From: Mesotaenium endlicherianum
Lineage: Eukaryota
NCBI GenBank assembly: GCA_009602735.1
Contig: WELA01002449.1
Coordinates: 59,818 to 123,817 of the forward strand
Reading direction: 5' to 3'
DNA length: 64,000 bases
Positions 49,230 through 61,862 of this stretch are shown here, one piece after another. Under the pieces are notes generated by a model. The model was not told the origin of the DNA and made no database searches. It saw only the letters and a program-made list of their open reading frames with translations. A program made the position numbers and the translations under genes. How positions within the stretch are numbered: position 1 is the first letter of the stretch; each line of letters starts with the position of its first letter.

Positions 49230-52059
49230 CTAATCGCTATCATCACCGTTACCGTCATCCTCGTGCTGGCCCAAGAGCTTCTCCACGTAGTCGCGCTGCA
49301 CCTGCTTGGCGACACTCGCCCTGCCGTCCTCCCCCTGCTCTGGGCTGGAGAGGACAGGCCCCACTTTCAGAAGTGCAAAGGCCACATCTGTTCACATCGT
49401 CCGGACACGTAAGGTCGTACACACCACGTACTTATTTTAGGACCGTAATCTCCGTACTTGTGTTCATATGTCTCCATATACATATAAATATATACATATG
49501 TAAGATGACGATACACGCTGCCATGCTTAGGATACTAGCGCGTTTCCCAACGAGCAGATAGAGCTGGCTGAATGCAAAGGACTTGTACAACCAAAACAAA
49601 AGGACACTGGCGAGTTGCAGAATTCAAAGGACTGCACGAAGAACAGGTCCATGTCTACGTTTTGAGTGCTGAGAGGAGAATAGCACAGACGGACGGACTG
49701 TGTGAAGCGACCATGGACGCAAACGACAGCGAGACGAGAAGAGCTTCAAGCGCGGCGCGACGGAGTTCAGCACACCTTCTGGGGAGCATCGCTTGCCCCC
49801 AAACCGCTGAAGCCCGACAAGGGTGGCCTTCACCGACGTGTTGTTGTACACCAGCAAGGTGGGCAGGTTGAAGTCGGGGTAGTCTGCAATGCAGTCCGTC
49901 GATATGATCTTCAGGAATTTGGTGCCGGGGTACTTCCTCGCCAGCTCGTTCAGACACTCCGCCATGATGCCGCACGCTTGTACGCTGCAGCAGATAGAAA
50001 TCACAACCAACGTACGCCGAGCCTGTGACAAGCGATACAGAGGGTTGCATATGCGTGGACAAGCCTCGCCACGGACAAGCTTGGAACGGAAGACACACTG
50101 GCATCTTGAACCGAAATATTGCTGTGGATTCGGAGACCACGTACTGCAGCCACATCACACACTGGGTGATCGCCCACTCGCTATGTGGCATGTCAGTGTA
50201 TATTTCAGTTGACGGAAGGAAGCAAACGAGGCGCAGTCGTGGGGTGCTTCTTGTCGGCTGGTAAGTGGTGCTGGATGACATCAGGGTTGAGAGAGTGTGA
50301 GAGAGAGAGGGGAGGGAGGGAGGCGGGAGAGAAGGAGGGAGAGAGGGAGGGAGGATGGTGAGGGGAGGGAGGGNNNNNNNNNNNNNNNNNNNNNNNNNNN
50401 NNNNNNNNNNNNNNNNNNNNNNNNNNNNNNNNNNNNNNNNNNNNNNNNNNNNNNNNNNNNNNNNNNNNNNNNNNNNNNNNNNNNNNNNNNNNNNNNNNNN
50501 NNNNNNNNNNNNNNNNNNNNNNNNNNNNNNNNNNNNNNNNNNNNNNNNNNNNNNNNNNNNNNNNNNNNNNNNNNNNNNNNNNNNNNNNNNNNNNNNNNNN
50601 NNNNNNNNNNNNNNNNNNNNNNNNNNNNNNNNNNNNNNNNNNNNNNNNNNNNNNNNNNNNNNNNNNNNNNNNNNNNNNNNNNNNNNNNNNNNNNNNNNNN
50701 NNNNNNNNNNNNNNNNNNNNNNNNNNNNNNNNNNNNNNNNNNNNNNNNNNNNNNNNNNNNNNNNNNNNNNNNNNNNNNNNNNNNNNNNNNNNNNNNNNNN
50801 NNNNNNNNNNNNNNNNNNNNNNNNNNNNNNNNNNNNNNNNNNNNNNNNNNNNNNNNNNNNNNNNNNNNNNNNNNNNNNNNNNNNNNNNNNNNNNNNNNNN
50901 NNNNNNNNNNNNNNNNNNNNNNNNNNNNNNNNNNNNNNNNNNNNNNNNNNNNNNNNNNNNGAGGGGGGGGGGGAGGGAGGGTGGAAGAGAAGGACGGGAA
51001 GGGAGGGCGAGAGTCCACTGCACCCGTCTTTGAACAAGTGGAGCACTACCCACACGTCCGGTGGTGCTTGGGACACTTCGTGCACAAAGTCCTGGCCCTT
51101 GATGAGCTCCACAGAGCCAAACCTGGGCTTTGTCGCGGCAACCCTCAGCTCTTGCAGCCGCTTTCGCCTGCAAGCACACAAAGGAAAGGGTTTTGTTTCA
51201 AACGTGCACATGCCCAAAGCAGTTCCTTCATTTTTTTCAATTGCCCTATGCCCTCTACCTTGCTTTGCAAGCTACGTCGACGCCCTGACCAAAGCATTTA
51301 ATCCACTATCTTGCATGCTCTTTGATAAGTGTACACTGGAGATTCGCACAACAGTCACACCACCACTGGTACAATGTGCCTCTCTCTCATTCTTGGGACT
51401 TACAAGGGCAACGCGGCAGCTCTACACTTCCAGTCACAAGAAGCTGGAGCTATAGCAAGCTCTTGCCATTGCACATCCAGCAGACTTACACCAACCCTTC
51501 AGCCAATGTAGGGGGGTTATTTAACTTCGTCCCGGGCTCAACTGTGAAGTTCCTGGGAATGACAAATCTCGGAAGACTGTTGTCCATCAGGGAATTGAGG
51601 AGTTGTCATTATCGCATAAGCTACCCAAACGTCAATCATGATATAGAGAAACCAGACTGTCCCTTGAAGTTGCTGCGAGACAGAGGTTGAGAGAGATGCA
51701 TGTCCATATTCACCAAGTTTCAAGTCTTACAAAGGTGGCTTAGGACCTATCCTGTACAACCATGTGCAACGCAAGCCCCAAACACGTGCTCTAAATACTC
51801 CTTTGGCACGCCTAAAAAATGCATACCTGTATTCTTCCATGAACCTATCATCGTCCAATTCATCGTCAAGCTCCTCAAGCTCCTGTTCACTCTTTTCGTT
51901 TAACCAATCTTTGTCCTTACGCGTCGTTTCTGAAGCAGGCACCCACGGCTCTTTCTTAGGCTTCTCTTTGGCAGGCAGATTCCCGTACTTTACTTGTAGA
52001 TCATCCCACTCGGTCGTTGTTCCCTCGACGTCTTTGTAGACTGTATGATATTCTGTCAT
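49230..52059 (-). CDS. Phosducin-like protein (PhLP2/PDCL3/VIAF type, CCT co-chaperone), ~247 aa
   Basis: Exons 52059-51827, 51167-51024, 49984-49776, 49387-49230. Motifs YKDVEGTTTEWDDLQ, DDDRFMEEYRRKRLQEL and KFLKIISTDCIADYPDFNLPTLLVY. Confidence 0.92.
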
Positions 52060-54208
52060 AGGTACACGCCAGCTAAGATCAAGAAGACAAGCTAGCTTTG
52101 ACCGTTTTCAAGAATCTTATCAGCCTTCCTGGGGAGTGTCCCAAAGTGCCACCAAAATGCCGCCAAGATGACTCTTCCTATGCTTTCTTTGTCCTATATG
52201 AGCATTGTCAAAGACTTAAATTATGCAGAAATGCTCTTATTTACGAGACAACGAAGAGCAGCGGCAACAGGTGGTGATTAGCAGCAACCGGCCCTCCTAG
52301 AAGGTCAGGAGCAGCTTTGAGAAGATATATCTCTAAAATAAAGGCTCGTATTATGTTAAGAAGGTGCTGCTAATGCAGAGCGCATAAGGACTGTGGAGTG
52401 AAATGTGGATGCAAAAGGATATCACAACAGGAGTCCTTCCCTTTCACTTCACAGTTAGTACTATATTTCATACTGGTTTTTACCATCCACCGAGTTACAA
52501 CCTTGCACAAACTGGAGTCCAATAGAACTGGAACAATTTTGACCCGTGACGTTTGCTGATGGCGACCAAAGTTGTCAAATATTGTACTGCTTATGCTGGC
52601 TGACGTTGACAGAAGCGTACACCTCGTCGACTTCAAGGCGCTTGTGTCTTGGCCGAGAGCGATTCCAGTGACGTCGTATCCTTCATGTATTTGAGCAGTC
52701 AAACGAGCAGGAGTGAGCAGGAGTGCATGAGAGACGCTCAAGACCCGACTGGTCCGCCTGTATATATTACTTAGTCCTTTGTGATGTACCCAACACAAGT
52801 TCATTAGCAAATCGAGTTGGTATTATAAGTGCCCAAGGAAAACGCACAAAGGTTCTTACGTAGTCAACTTCCCACCGCTAACTTGTGACTTCTCTCTTCA
52901 CCATATCAGCCCGTCGTCACCTCTTGTGTGGACCCAGAAATTTTTGGGGTCCTCCTTTGGCATGGGGGTGATAGAAGTCGTATGAATTGTTATCCCCTGA
53001 GAGGGCACCTAATGAACCTGATAGCAGGAAAATGCCGTTCTGATCATCTCTGAAAATAGAATCCACTTTTACCTTCCTGCCGGAGTGGCTTCATATGCCA
53101 TTTTCCCGTGTCTCCTGTCCACATTGGTGGCTTTCACCCTTTGCTTCGTCGCTCTGAGTGCGGCATACGTACACTGAGCACTATGTTCGATCCCTTAATC
53201 CGCTTCTTGATTTTCCTTAATGTACTCCCATTTATACTGGCGGTCGTCATCATAGTAACCAGGGCAGTGTACTACACCATCATGGGTTGGTTAGGCTTCT
53301 CTGAGCCGCCTGTAGCTCCACCTGAGGCAGGGATATGGTTGGTGAGGAAACATGGCGCTCCATCAGCTCACCAAGCTGCTGTCTAGTATTCAAATTTTCC
53401 AGTTCTAAGTAGAACTCGTATGTACATAGAGCTCTATATGACGGCACCTTATAACTCTAAGAGATTAATGTGGTATCTTTGCCCGGCACACTGTGAGCTA
53501 CACAGGCACACAGAGTGGCAACACTCAAACCTTCCTAGACCTTTCTAGTTAGAGCTCTCTTGTACTCTGATTTAGTTGCATTACATCTGTGACACCGTTG
53601 TAATTAATAAACTTATGGCACTTCCTGAGTGCATTTGGATTTGGGAAATAGTGCTAGCTCATGGAGCATTATCAATTATGAGTCTTTCGAAGCGCTTGCA
53701 GATAAAGCTCGCTGACTGCAAGATCATGCACAGCACGAATGGTGTAAACAAGGAGGTCCTGAGTTGATAGCTTGGCTCTTTGATGACACTTGCGTACATT
53801 GCCTATCTAGACACAGTGTTGACTTTCATATGTGGGAAAAACGAGTATCAAATTGTTTGGAACAGATTTCTTTATCATGTGTTGTGCCTTATCGGACGGC
53901 AATGAGTTGGTCATAAATACGAAGGAAATGAGGCCTTCCTGAAGCGATAGCAAAGATATGTACCCGCCCAACGCTGCAAGGCATGCACAACATCAAAATT
54001 GACCAGGCTCCAGGAGGCGCTGAAAAACCATATGCAACCACATTGCTCCAGGAGGCGCAGAAAGACCATACAAGTTGCACTTGCACTCACCGTTGAGCAG
54101 CTTTACTTGCAGGTTGCAATGAATGTGGATATTTTAATCCTCAGCAGGAGCTGGTATTACCACATCTACTCCTGTCTACTCCTGCGTTGGGCCACCTTTC
54201 AAACTTGA

Positions 54209-57200
54209 CTATGTATATATGGTGACGACGTCTCGTGTGTAGCCTCTGACCATCAATAGCCTAGGGATGCCCTCGACAAGAAGGTCCATATACTCCATGT
54301 AGCAGTAAGAGGGGTGGTTGGTAGGAGGAGGGGGTAGACTGACTAGCACAACTGCTGCCATGCGCGAGTACCGCATGATTAACGAGTTCAGCTTGAGAGT
54401 GGTATACAGGAACTTGTTGACCTTCTGGTCGTTGACTGGTACCAGCGGAGGGGGCGTCCCGTCGCGGGTCTCTTTCCTCTGCACCTCGGCTGCCATGTCC
54501 GCAATCCTTGTTCTCGCCTGAAAATCAGGAGCACCAACAGCCGGCAGCAGCAAGAGAAGCAAGTGAGACGCAGCAAAGCTTCTACTAAGCTGCGCGTCCG
54601 TCACGTGTGCTTCAACTGTCATCCAGAGTAAGCATTGCAAGGCTCCTCAACATACAAGGGGCAAATTGCAAGCATGCAGCAGGTAGAGATGTTAGCAAAC
54701 AGGCAAGCAGGCAAGCAAGCAGGCAACCCATTAAGCACGCAGCCTGCTGCAATCTCGTAGAGGGAAAGCACCACCTTCATCAGCAAACAGGAGCATGAGC
54801 AGGAGCAGGGCCAGGAGCAGGGCGTGAAAGAAGCCAGCCCGAGGTAGGCACGCGCTCTCACCTTTGAGAAGGCCTCCATGGCACCCTGGCGAGCCAGCTC
54901 GGCCTCAGCGCCCTCGGAATCCTCGGCATCCGACACCACGTCCTCCCACGCCTTCATGGTGACCACAATGACATCCGCCTGCATGCGCAGGTCGTAGAGG
55001 AACTGGCGCACGTCCGTCTTCAGCTCGTCCGCCTCCGTGTCCTCCTCCGCGATGCAGAACACCTGGCGCGCCCACGCAATGCAACACGCATGTATGCATG
55101 CGATAACATTAATGACCAACTCCAAATGAACACCATAGGTCTCGAGAGGCAACAAAGTATCGCCTTTCCGACCACCTCCCTGGCCAAGACTGCCCCACCT
55201 GCCCTTTCATGCTCGGTGAAGACAGCTCCAAACTGGCTAGCCAAAGCTGCCCAACCTGCCCTTGCACGCTTGCAGCGAGACAAAGCTCCCAAGTAGTCCA
55301 GTGGCAAGCGTATGGACGAGCAGCTTGAAGGAGGACACCTCCACCCCGTTGCCAGGCTGGGGGAGTAACATGCGACAGACAAATCTCGCGTCGGCATCGA
55401 GACGAAGGGACCAGGAGATGAATCGGACCTGGATCTTGCAGTTCTCGAAGCTCTGCTTGGCGCGGAGGAGCTGCGAGAGGAGCAGCATGATGCCGCCGTC
55501 GCGCACGATCCAGTACAGGTCGATTGTGCCAAACTGCTTCTGGTACTCCCCGGGCCACTCGTCGAGGCCCTTCACGATGACGCACGCCTTGTTGGCCGTA
55601 TTGCAGTCGTTGATGATGCTCACAAACGTGTCCGGGATGTCACTGCAGGAGACCGCCACAGGCACACGATGAGGAGGCGGCTTAATGTCAACGTACAAAG
55701 AGAAATCAGCCAGAAGGCCATGCACTGTACATGCTCGCAGAGGCCCGCCCACGGCGTGTGCATGCACAGCCCCACCAGGGGCATGTAAGGGGACGGTGCT
55801 CCAGGGCCTTTTTACAACCAGAGACGCGCAGCCCGAACATCGACACATGGATGCCCTGCAGCCCAGGTACCACGCGCAACACACCGGCAGGCTTTACGTT
55901 TGAGCTGGTTAGAGCATAGGCCCCAAGATCCCCCCCTCCCTTTCCGTCCCACCCTTCCAGCCTTGCTCTCGACACCTTGTCTCTTCTCTCCTCTGACTTC
56001 CTGCTCCACCTTTCCACCTCCCCTTCCCCCTCCCTCTCTTCCTCCCTCCTTTGCTCCCCCCCAAAGTTACTTGCAGGTTGCTCCCTCTCCCTCTCCCTTT
56101 CTCACCTGTGCCGCTCCTCGCGCCAAATCTCGGGGTAGCGCATGCACACGATGTTGGGCTTCAAGTTGCCCAGACCCATGGACTGCACGATGTTGCGGAA
56201 GCCCTCGTGCATGCTCTTGGCCACCATGACCTCCGCCACGCCCTCGCAGTCCTTGTAGTCGATGTAGCTCCCCAGCAACCGGCTCGCGTGCCTCGCGTCT
56301 TCTGCATTTGTCCTGATGTGCACACGCAGAGGCGACACACCCGCACATGTGCGTGCGTCAGACGATGCACGTGCATGCGTGCGCCAGATTACACACGTGC
56401 ACAAGTGCGTCAGACAATGCGCGTGCGATAACGCACGTGCACACGCGCGTCCAACAATGTACGTGCGCAGGTACTCGTCGGGCAATGCACGTGCGCGTGC
56501 GCGTCAGGCAGCGCACGTGCACACACGCCGTCACATCTCCATGCCTTCCCCAGTATCGCTGCCTGGCGAGGCAACAACACGTGCAAGTGAACAGTGCCTC
56601 CCAGAATGACATAAGCGTCGGCACTGACAGACGTCACTTTGCTGAGCAGCAGAGCGTGCAGGGGATGCGTCCAACACGTCCTGCGTAGTGAAGCATGTGC
56701 TTCCATACTTGAGTAACATGCGCACACGGATGGGTGCAGTGCGACGAGGGGCACCACCCACACTGGTTACAGGAGTCAGGCTCAGTAAGGCACTACGCAC
56801 GCAAGCAGTGAGGGTAAAAATGGCCACCAGAAGCCGGGAAATCAACTGCCAGCAAACAGAAGCTGGGAGTCAGCATCCAGGGGCACACACCATCAGAGTG
56901 GCAGACATGCAGAAAGACAACCACTGCTGATAGGTCAACCCTCCCACACTCGTGCACTCTTGTACTGCTAAGAACAGAAAGCAAAAGATGCTTCACGGTC
57001 ACCTTTGGTCGACAGGCAACCGTCGGATACTTTGAAGAACAGTAGATGAAGAGGCCAACAAGTGACATTGTATGTGGAAATCGCGACTTTGTAATCGGAA
57101 GATGAGACCTCAAGGTTTTGTCCTTAGCCTGGCTCACCTTAGCTCGGGATTCAAACATAAGGGCTTAAAGCATGGACGTTGCACTGTTTCACACACTTCA

Positions 57201-60200
57201 CGACAAAACCCTACCCCCAACATGCAACGGCAACAAGCACAAGAAGGCACTGAGAGCCAGCTGTCAGGGCGAACGTACTTGTAGTCGCCCTCCAGGATGC
57301 TCACGAAAATGGACATCCCGCGGCCCTTCTTCTTCATGCAGTTGGCAAAGTCGGCCAGCTTGGGGTGGCACGGCACGTCCGGCGGGAGGATGCCCCACGG
57401 CTTGCAGAAGATGAGGGGGATGGGGTACCAGTTCTTGGGGTGCACTTGACTTGCTGCGCTCAAACTCAAAAAAAAAGACACAGGAGAAGAATGAGCTGTC
57501 GATGGCTCTCACCTGCTTCCTGTGTGTATGTGTTACGTATAAGGCCATGGGAGGTGGGAAGAAGAGGGTGGTGGTGCACTGCGCTGCAACAACGCAACTC
57601 AATCTCAACGACTGCTGGAATCAGCCATATAACAGGCATGAAGTCTTTTTGCTAGTATTGTGCCACACGACTAGAACAGCAGGGGGGCAGCTACATGCAC
57701 CACCGCTACTCTGGCACCTGAGGTAAATTTTGGTTTGGTGCATTCAATCAGAGCCCTCAAGCTGCATGCACCAAGGTGTGAAGTGCTTTGACCTTGCAGC
57801 AAGCCTACTTCCAAGATCTTGCGTTCACTCCGGACTCAACAACAAGCGGCCAACAACTGAGGGACTTGTGGATAACCTCTGGGCTGCCATCTTCGCCCCG
57901 GCGGGTCTGCTTTGGCATCACCATTGTGGCAGCTGCGGGAGGAGCAGCCAAGGCCCCAATAAGCGAGCAAGCGAGAGAGCGAGCGAGGGAGCGTACCTCC
58001 AAGGGTGCGCAAGCTGCGCAGTGCGAGCTGGAAGTAGGCGCTCTTGAAGCCGTCGCCCCAGTCGCCCGCCTTGCCCTTGAGGCCGACATAGTAGTAGATC
58101 AGGATGGCCAGCGCCAGCGCCACCAGCGTGAAGTACCACGAGATGAGGAACATGATGACTGCGAGAAAGCGCGCCCCCCCGCCCCTGGCCCCGCCCCTCG
58201 CGCCTTGGGTCAAGCCTCAGAAACACAGGGAACCCCTCTGCACCCAGATTGGCTTCTTCACCTGATGCTTATTGTGGCATCCATCTAGCTCCATGGGAGG
58301 AGAAGCGTGCGTGAATGCATACAAGACCAAGGATCCTCCAAAAAGCGTCAGGTCTTGACATGCTGGCTGGATAGACAACAGCTTCAAGGGTTCCCATCTC
58401 CGTGTATATAGTACTCTGCCAGTCCAGGGCTGCGTCTCGCAAAGAGTCCCTTTGTAAGGCCTACAAGGCCACGTCTTGCAAGCGCAGCAGGGGCAGAAAA
58501 GGCAGCATAGGTTAACAGGAGCACGAGACCGGGGGGCAGATGGCACATGGGAGAGTGTGTTTGGGAGGGGTGGGCAGGATTTTTTTTTGGGNGGGGGGCA
58601 GCACCGATGCAGAGGATGGCGCCAACCATGGACGCAGCCCAGTGGTGCCACTTCCAGCGGGGGCGCCAGCTGGGCGCATCGAGCAGGTCGAGGAGGAAGC
58701 ACGAGAGGTTGACGCCGCAGTAGCAGAGCAGGAAGAACATCGTGATGACGGGCGTGATGTAGTCGAGGTTGCCGATCACGACGCACCCGCAGCAGATGAG
58801 CATGGTGAACACCGTTGCCAGGTGCGGCTCGTGGCTGTCGGGCGTCTTGAACCAGTTGAGCACGGGCAGGATGTCGTCGTTGGCGATGGCCGCCAGCAGG
58901 CGCGGCGCGCCCGTCAGGCTCTGCAGCGCCGCCCCCAGCGTGGACAGGATGATGCCCACCTGGACCACGCCGGCCACCGGCCACGCCACCGTTGCCGTCA
59001 GGAGGCTGCACGCCACGGAACAGCAGAGCACGGAACAGTACACGCATAGCACGCCACAGCACAACACGGTACGATACAGTGGAGCGCAGTACAGCACAAC
59101 ACGCCACAAAGCAGCACATTTCAGTGGAGCATCCTCTGTTGCAGGTACGACGTAGCAAATACTGACCAGGCCCATTTGTGCACTTTGCACGAGCTTCAGG
59201 CCTCTCACGTATGCCTACCGGCAGGTACATCGTCGTATGTTATCGAAGGAGTCAGTGAGCACACATTTACCAGTGTACGCGTCTCCGAGAAATTCAACAT
59301 GGAAAGAAATGACTGCTCCTTCAGGGTGCATCTACAAACTGTTGTCGATTGAAAAGCCGCAGCTATCGACATGATTACTTGCAAGTCGAGTCAGTGAAAG
59401 GGATGCAGAGCAACAGGTGGGGTCGTACAGACGATCACATGAAAGGGGAGAAGGCGACAGCAAAAGAGCTGGGAACAGATACACGAAAGCAGGAAAAGAA
59501 AAACACATCATGCGGATGTTCCACTTGACTGGTACACCTGAGATTCTACTCATCCATATATATAGACAAATGTACATGCATATGCATAGATGCACAGAGG
59601 AGCAATGGCATGTATGCACCTAAAGCAAAAAGATGAAAGACAAGGGCTGGGGTCCCTAACTATCCACTACACACCACTAACAACCAGGTGAGAAGAAATG
59701 CGCTGAGAGCCAGACTTGCCTGCCCGTGTGCAAAGTGTGCCCAAACTGGAACACACACACGCACTCACATACAGGCACACGACAGCCAAGCAGCATCTCT
59801 GTGCGGGTGGGTGCGCTTGAGTGTACCGGTCGGTAAGCAGCTGCGTCCGGGTGGCCACAGCTCCAAACATGAAAACGGCGACGAAGTAGATGCCCGTGCT
59901 CGTGATGATGGCGCCAAGTGTCCCAATTGGGATGGACTTCTGCGTGTCCTTGAGCGAGGCAGACCGGTTGGATCCGGCCATGATGCCCGTGACAGCTGGG
60001 AAGAACAGCCCGCACAGGGACCTGCAAGCGCGCGCAGCCCCCCAGAGAGGGAGAGAAAGAGAGGATGAGAGAGAGAGAGATGCACACAGTGAGCAAGAGC
60101 AAGCGACCTTGCACATCTCTGGCAGGGGTCTCGTCATCTCTAAGAGTCAGACTTCCCCCTGGCCACAAGTAGGCGATTCCTATGGCTTGCTTGCTGTGGC

Positions 60201-61862
60201 TTGCTTTGCTCACTTCACAAATGGCTGCTCTTGGCAAGTCGTAGTCTGTGGAGCTAGCCTTAGTTTTCAGCAGCGCAAGACTGCTTGACAGTCCTCCAGG
60301 TAAGGGGGGAGACGAGGGCAGGGGAGGTGGAGAAGAGGAGGAGGTGGNNNNNNNNNNNNNNNNNNNNNNNNNNNNNNNNNNNNNNNNNNNNNNNNNNNNN
60401 NNNNNNNNNNNNNNNNNNNNNNNNNNNNNNNNNNNNNNNNNNNNNNNNNNNNNNNNNNNNNNNNNNNNNNNNNNNNNNNNNNNNNNNNNNNNNNNNNNNN
60501 NNNNNNNNNNNNNNNNNNNNNNNNNNNNNNNNNNNNNNNNNNNNNNNNNNNNNNNNNNNNNNNNNNNNNNNNNNNNNNNNNNNNNNNNNNNNNNNNNNNN
60601 NNNNNNNNNNNNNNNNNNNNNNNNNNNNNNNNNNNNNNNNNNNNNNNNNNNNNNNNNNNNNNNNNNNNNNNNNNNNNNNNNNNNNNNNNNNNNNNNNNNN
60701 NNNNNNNNNNNNNNNNNNNNNNNNNNNNNNNNNNNNNNNNNNNNNNNNNNNNNNNNNNNNNNNNNNNNNNNNNNNNNNNNNNNNNNNNNNNNNNNNNNNN
60801 NNNNNNNNNNNNNNNNNNNNNNNNNNNNNNNNAGGAGGTGGGGTGGGGTGGGGTGGGGTGAGGAGAGGGGGGCTGGGGGGTGGGACGAAGCGGAGCTAAG
60901 AGGGGGAAAGGGGGAAAGTGTGCTCACTCAAAGTTCCACTTGATGTCTCCCTTGGGGTCCGGTATACCCGCTCTATTGGTGCGCTGGTACGCAGAGCCCC
61001 AATTGTCCTTCAGAGTGCTCCACTTCAGCCCAGTGATGCCGGCTGCACACGACGACATCCAGGTGGCGCTGGCAACCAGGGTCAGTATCCCCCAGGGAAG
61101 GTGCGTGCAGCGTGTGGCTGACGAAATGGGGGACCCACGGTAAAGCCAAGAGTGGGAAGGTCAACCTGTAGCTAAGAGAGGGTGATGTGTGACACTGCCT
61201 GCAGCATCCCGAGATGTGCCTTCCGTACAAGTGCCCGCACACTCACTGCCAGCTACATGCAGACATAGGTGGTCAACGCCAGCTACATGATGCCAGGTGA
61301 GTTCTGCTATGGCTGCGGCATTGCAACGGTGCGACACAAGTGTAAATCCATTGGGAGCAATCATTGGGCGGGATGAGGACAATGCAAAAGACGGTAGCAT
61401 TGGGCGGCTAGTGAGGAAGAGCAGGGAAGGAACAAAAGCATCATTGACGAATGTGATGAGAGATGGCGGTGCCAAAACTAGTTGGTCGTTGGGTCAAGCC
61501 CGGTCCATCCGGCAACTGCGTGCCGGACTGCCAGCTTCCTCCTAGTAACTCGTAAGCAAGCATAGGAAGGGGAGAGGTGGTTGCAGAGCGAGCCATGAAA
61601 AACATACCGGACTGGCCGCCGCGGGGGGACACCAGGATGCCGATGAAGATGAGCACAATGGACATGACAGCTGGCACCAGGAAGGCGGGCCCGACCTTGG
61701 CAAGGATGGAGACCCCCATGAAGACGATGCAGCAGAGGATGACGGTGACAATGAGGCCGTACACCTGCATGTCGTGCAGGTTGTTGGTCTTCACGATCTC
61801 CTCGGTCACGCCGGAGGGCGCCAGCGCGGACGATGGCGCCAGCGCGATGGCGTTGTGGTTCA
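54209..61862 (-). CDS. CCC1: Cation-chloride cotransporter (SLC12/CCC family), 3' part; 5' exons lie further right
   Basis: Phase-consistent exons 61862-61608, 61042-60928, 60021-59827, 59005-58605, 58158-57997, 57453-57279, 56312-56106, 55642-55429, 55062-54862, 54517-54209. Motifs FFPAVTGIMAGSNRS, LQSLTGAPRLL, APSWRPRW, HPKNWYP, GLGNLKPN, IDLYWIVRDGG and LMVRGYTRDVVT. Confidence 0.95.
56320..56530. repeat. Intronic ~25-bp minisatellite of alternating purine/pyrimidine (GCACGTGC core)
   Basis: About 7-8 diverged units resembling GCACGTGCACACGTGCGTCAGACAAT. Confidence 0.7.

Noticed and set aside
54008..55290. Short two-copy tandem duplications (~39 bp near 54008; ~57 bp near 55180)
   Set aside because: Ordinary local duplications in UTR or intron sequence with no further structure.
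41723..61000. Very long ORFs crossing N-gaps (e.g. 41723-43216, 49655-51217, 59677-60927) and the identical CTCTCCCCCCCGGAACTTC on both sides of the 42080-42557 gap
   Set aside because: Artefacts of unsequenced low-complexity intron gaps.
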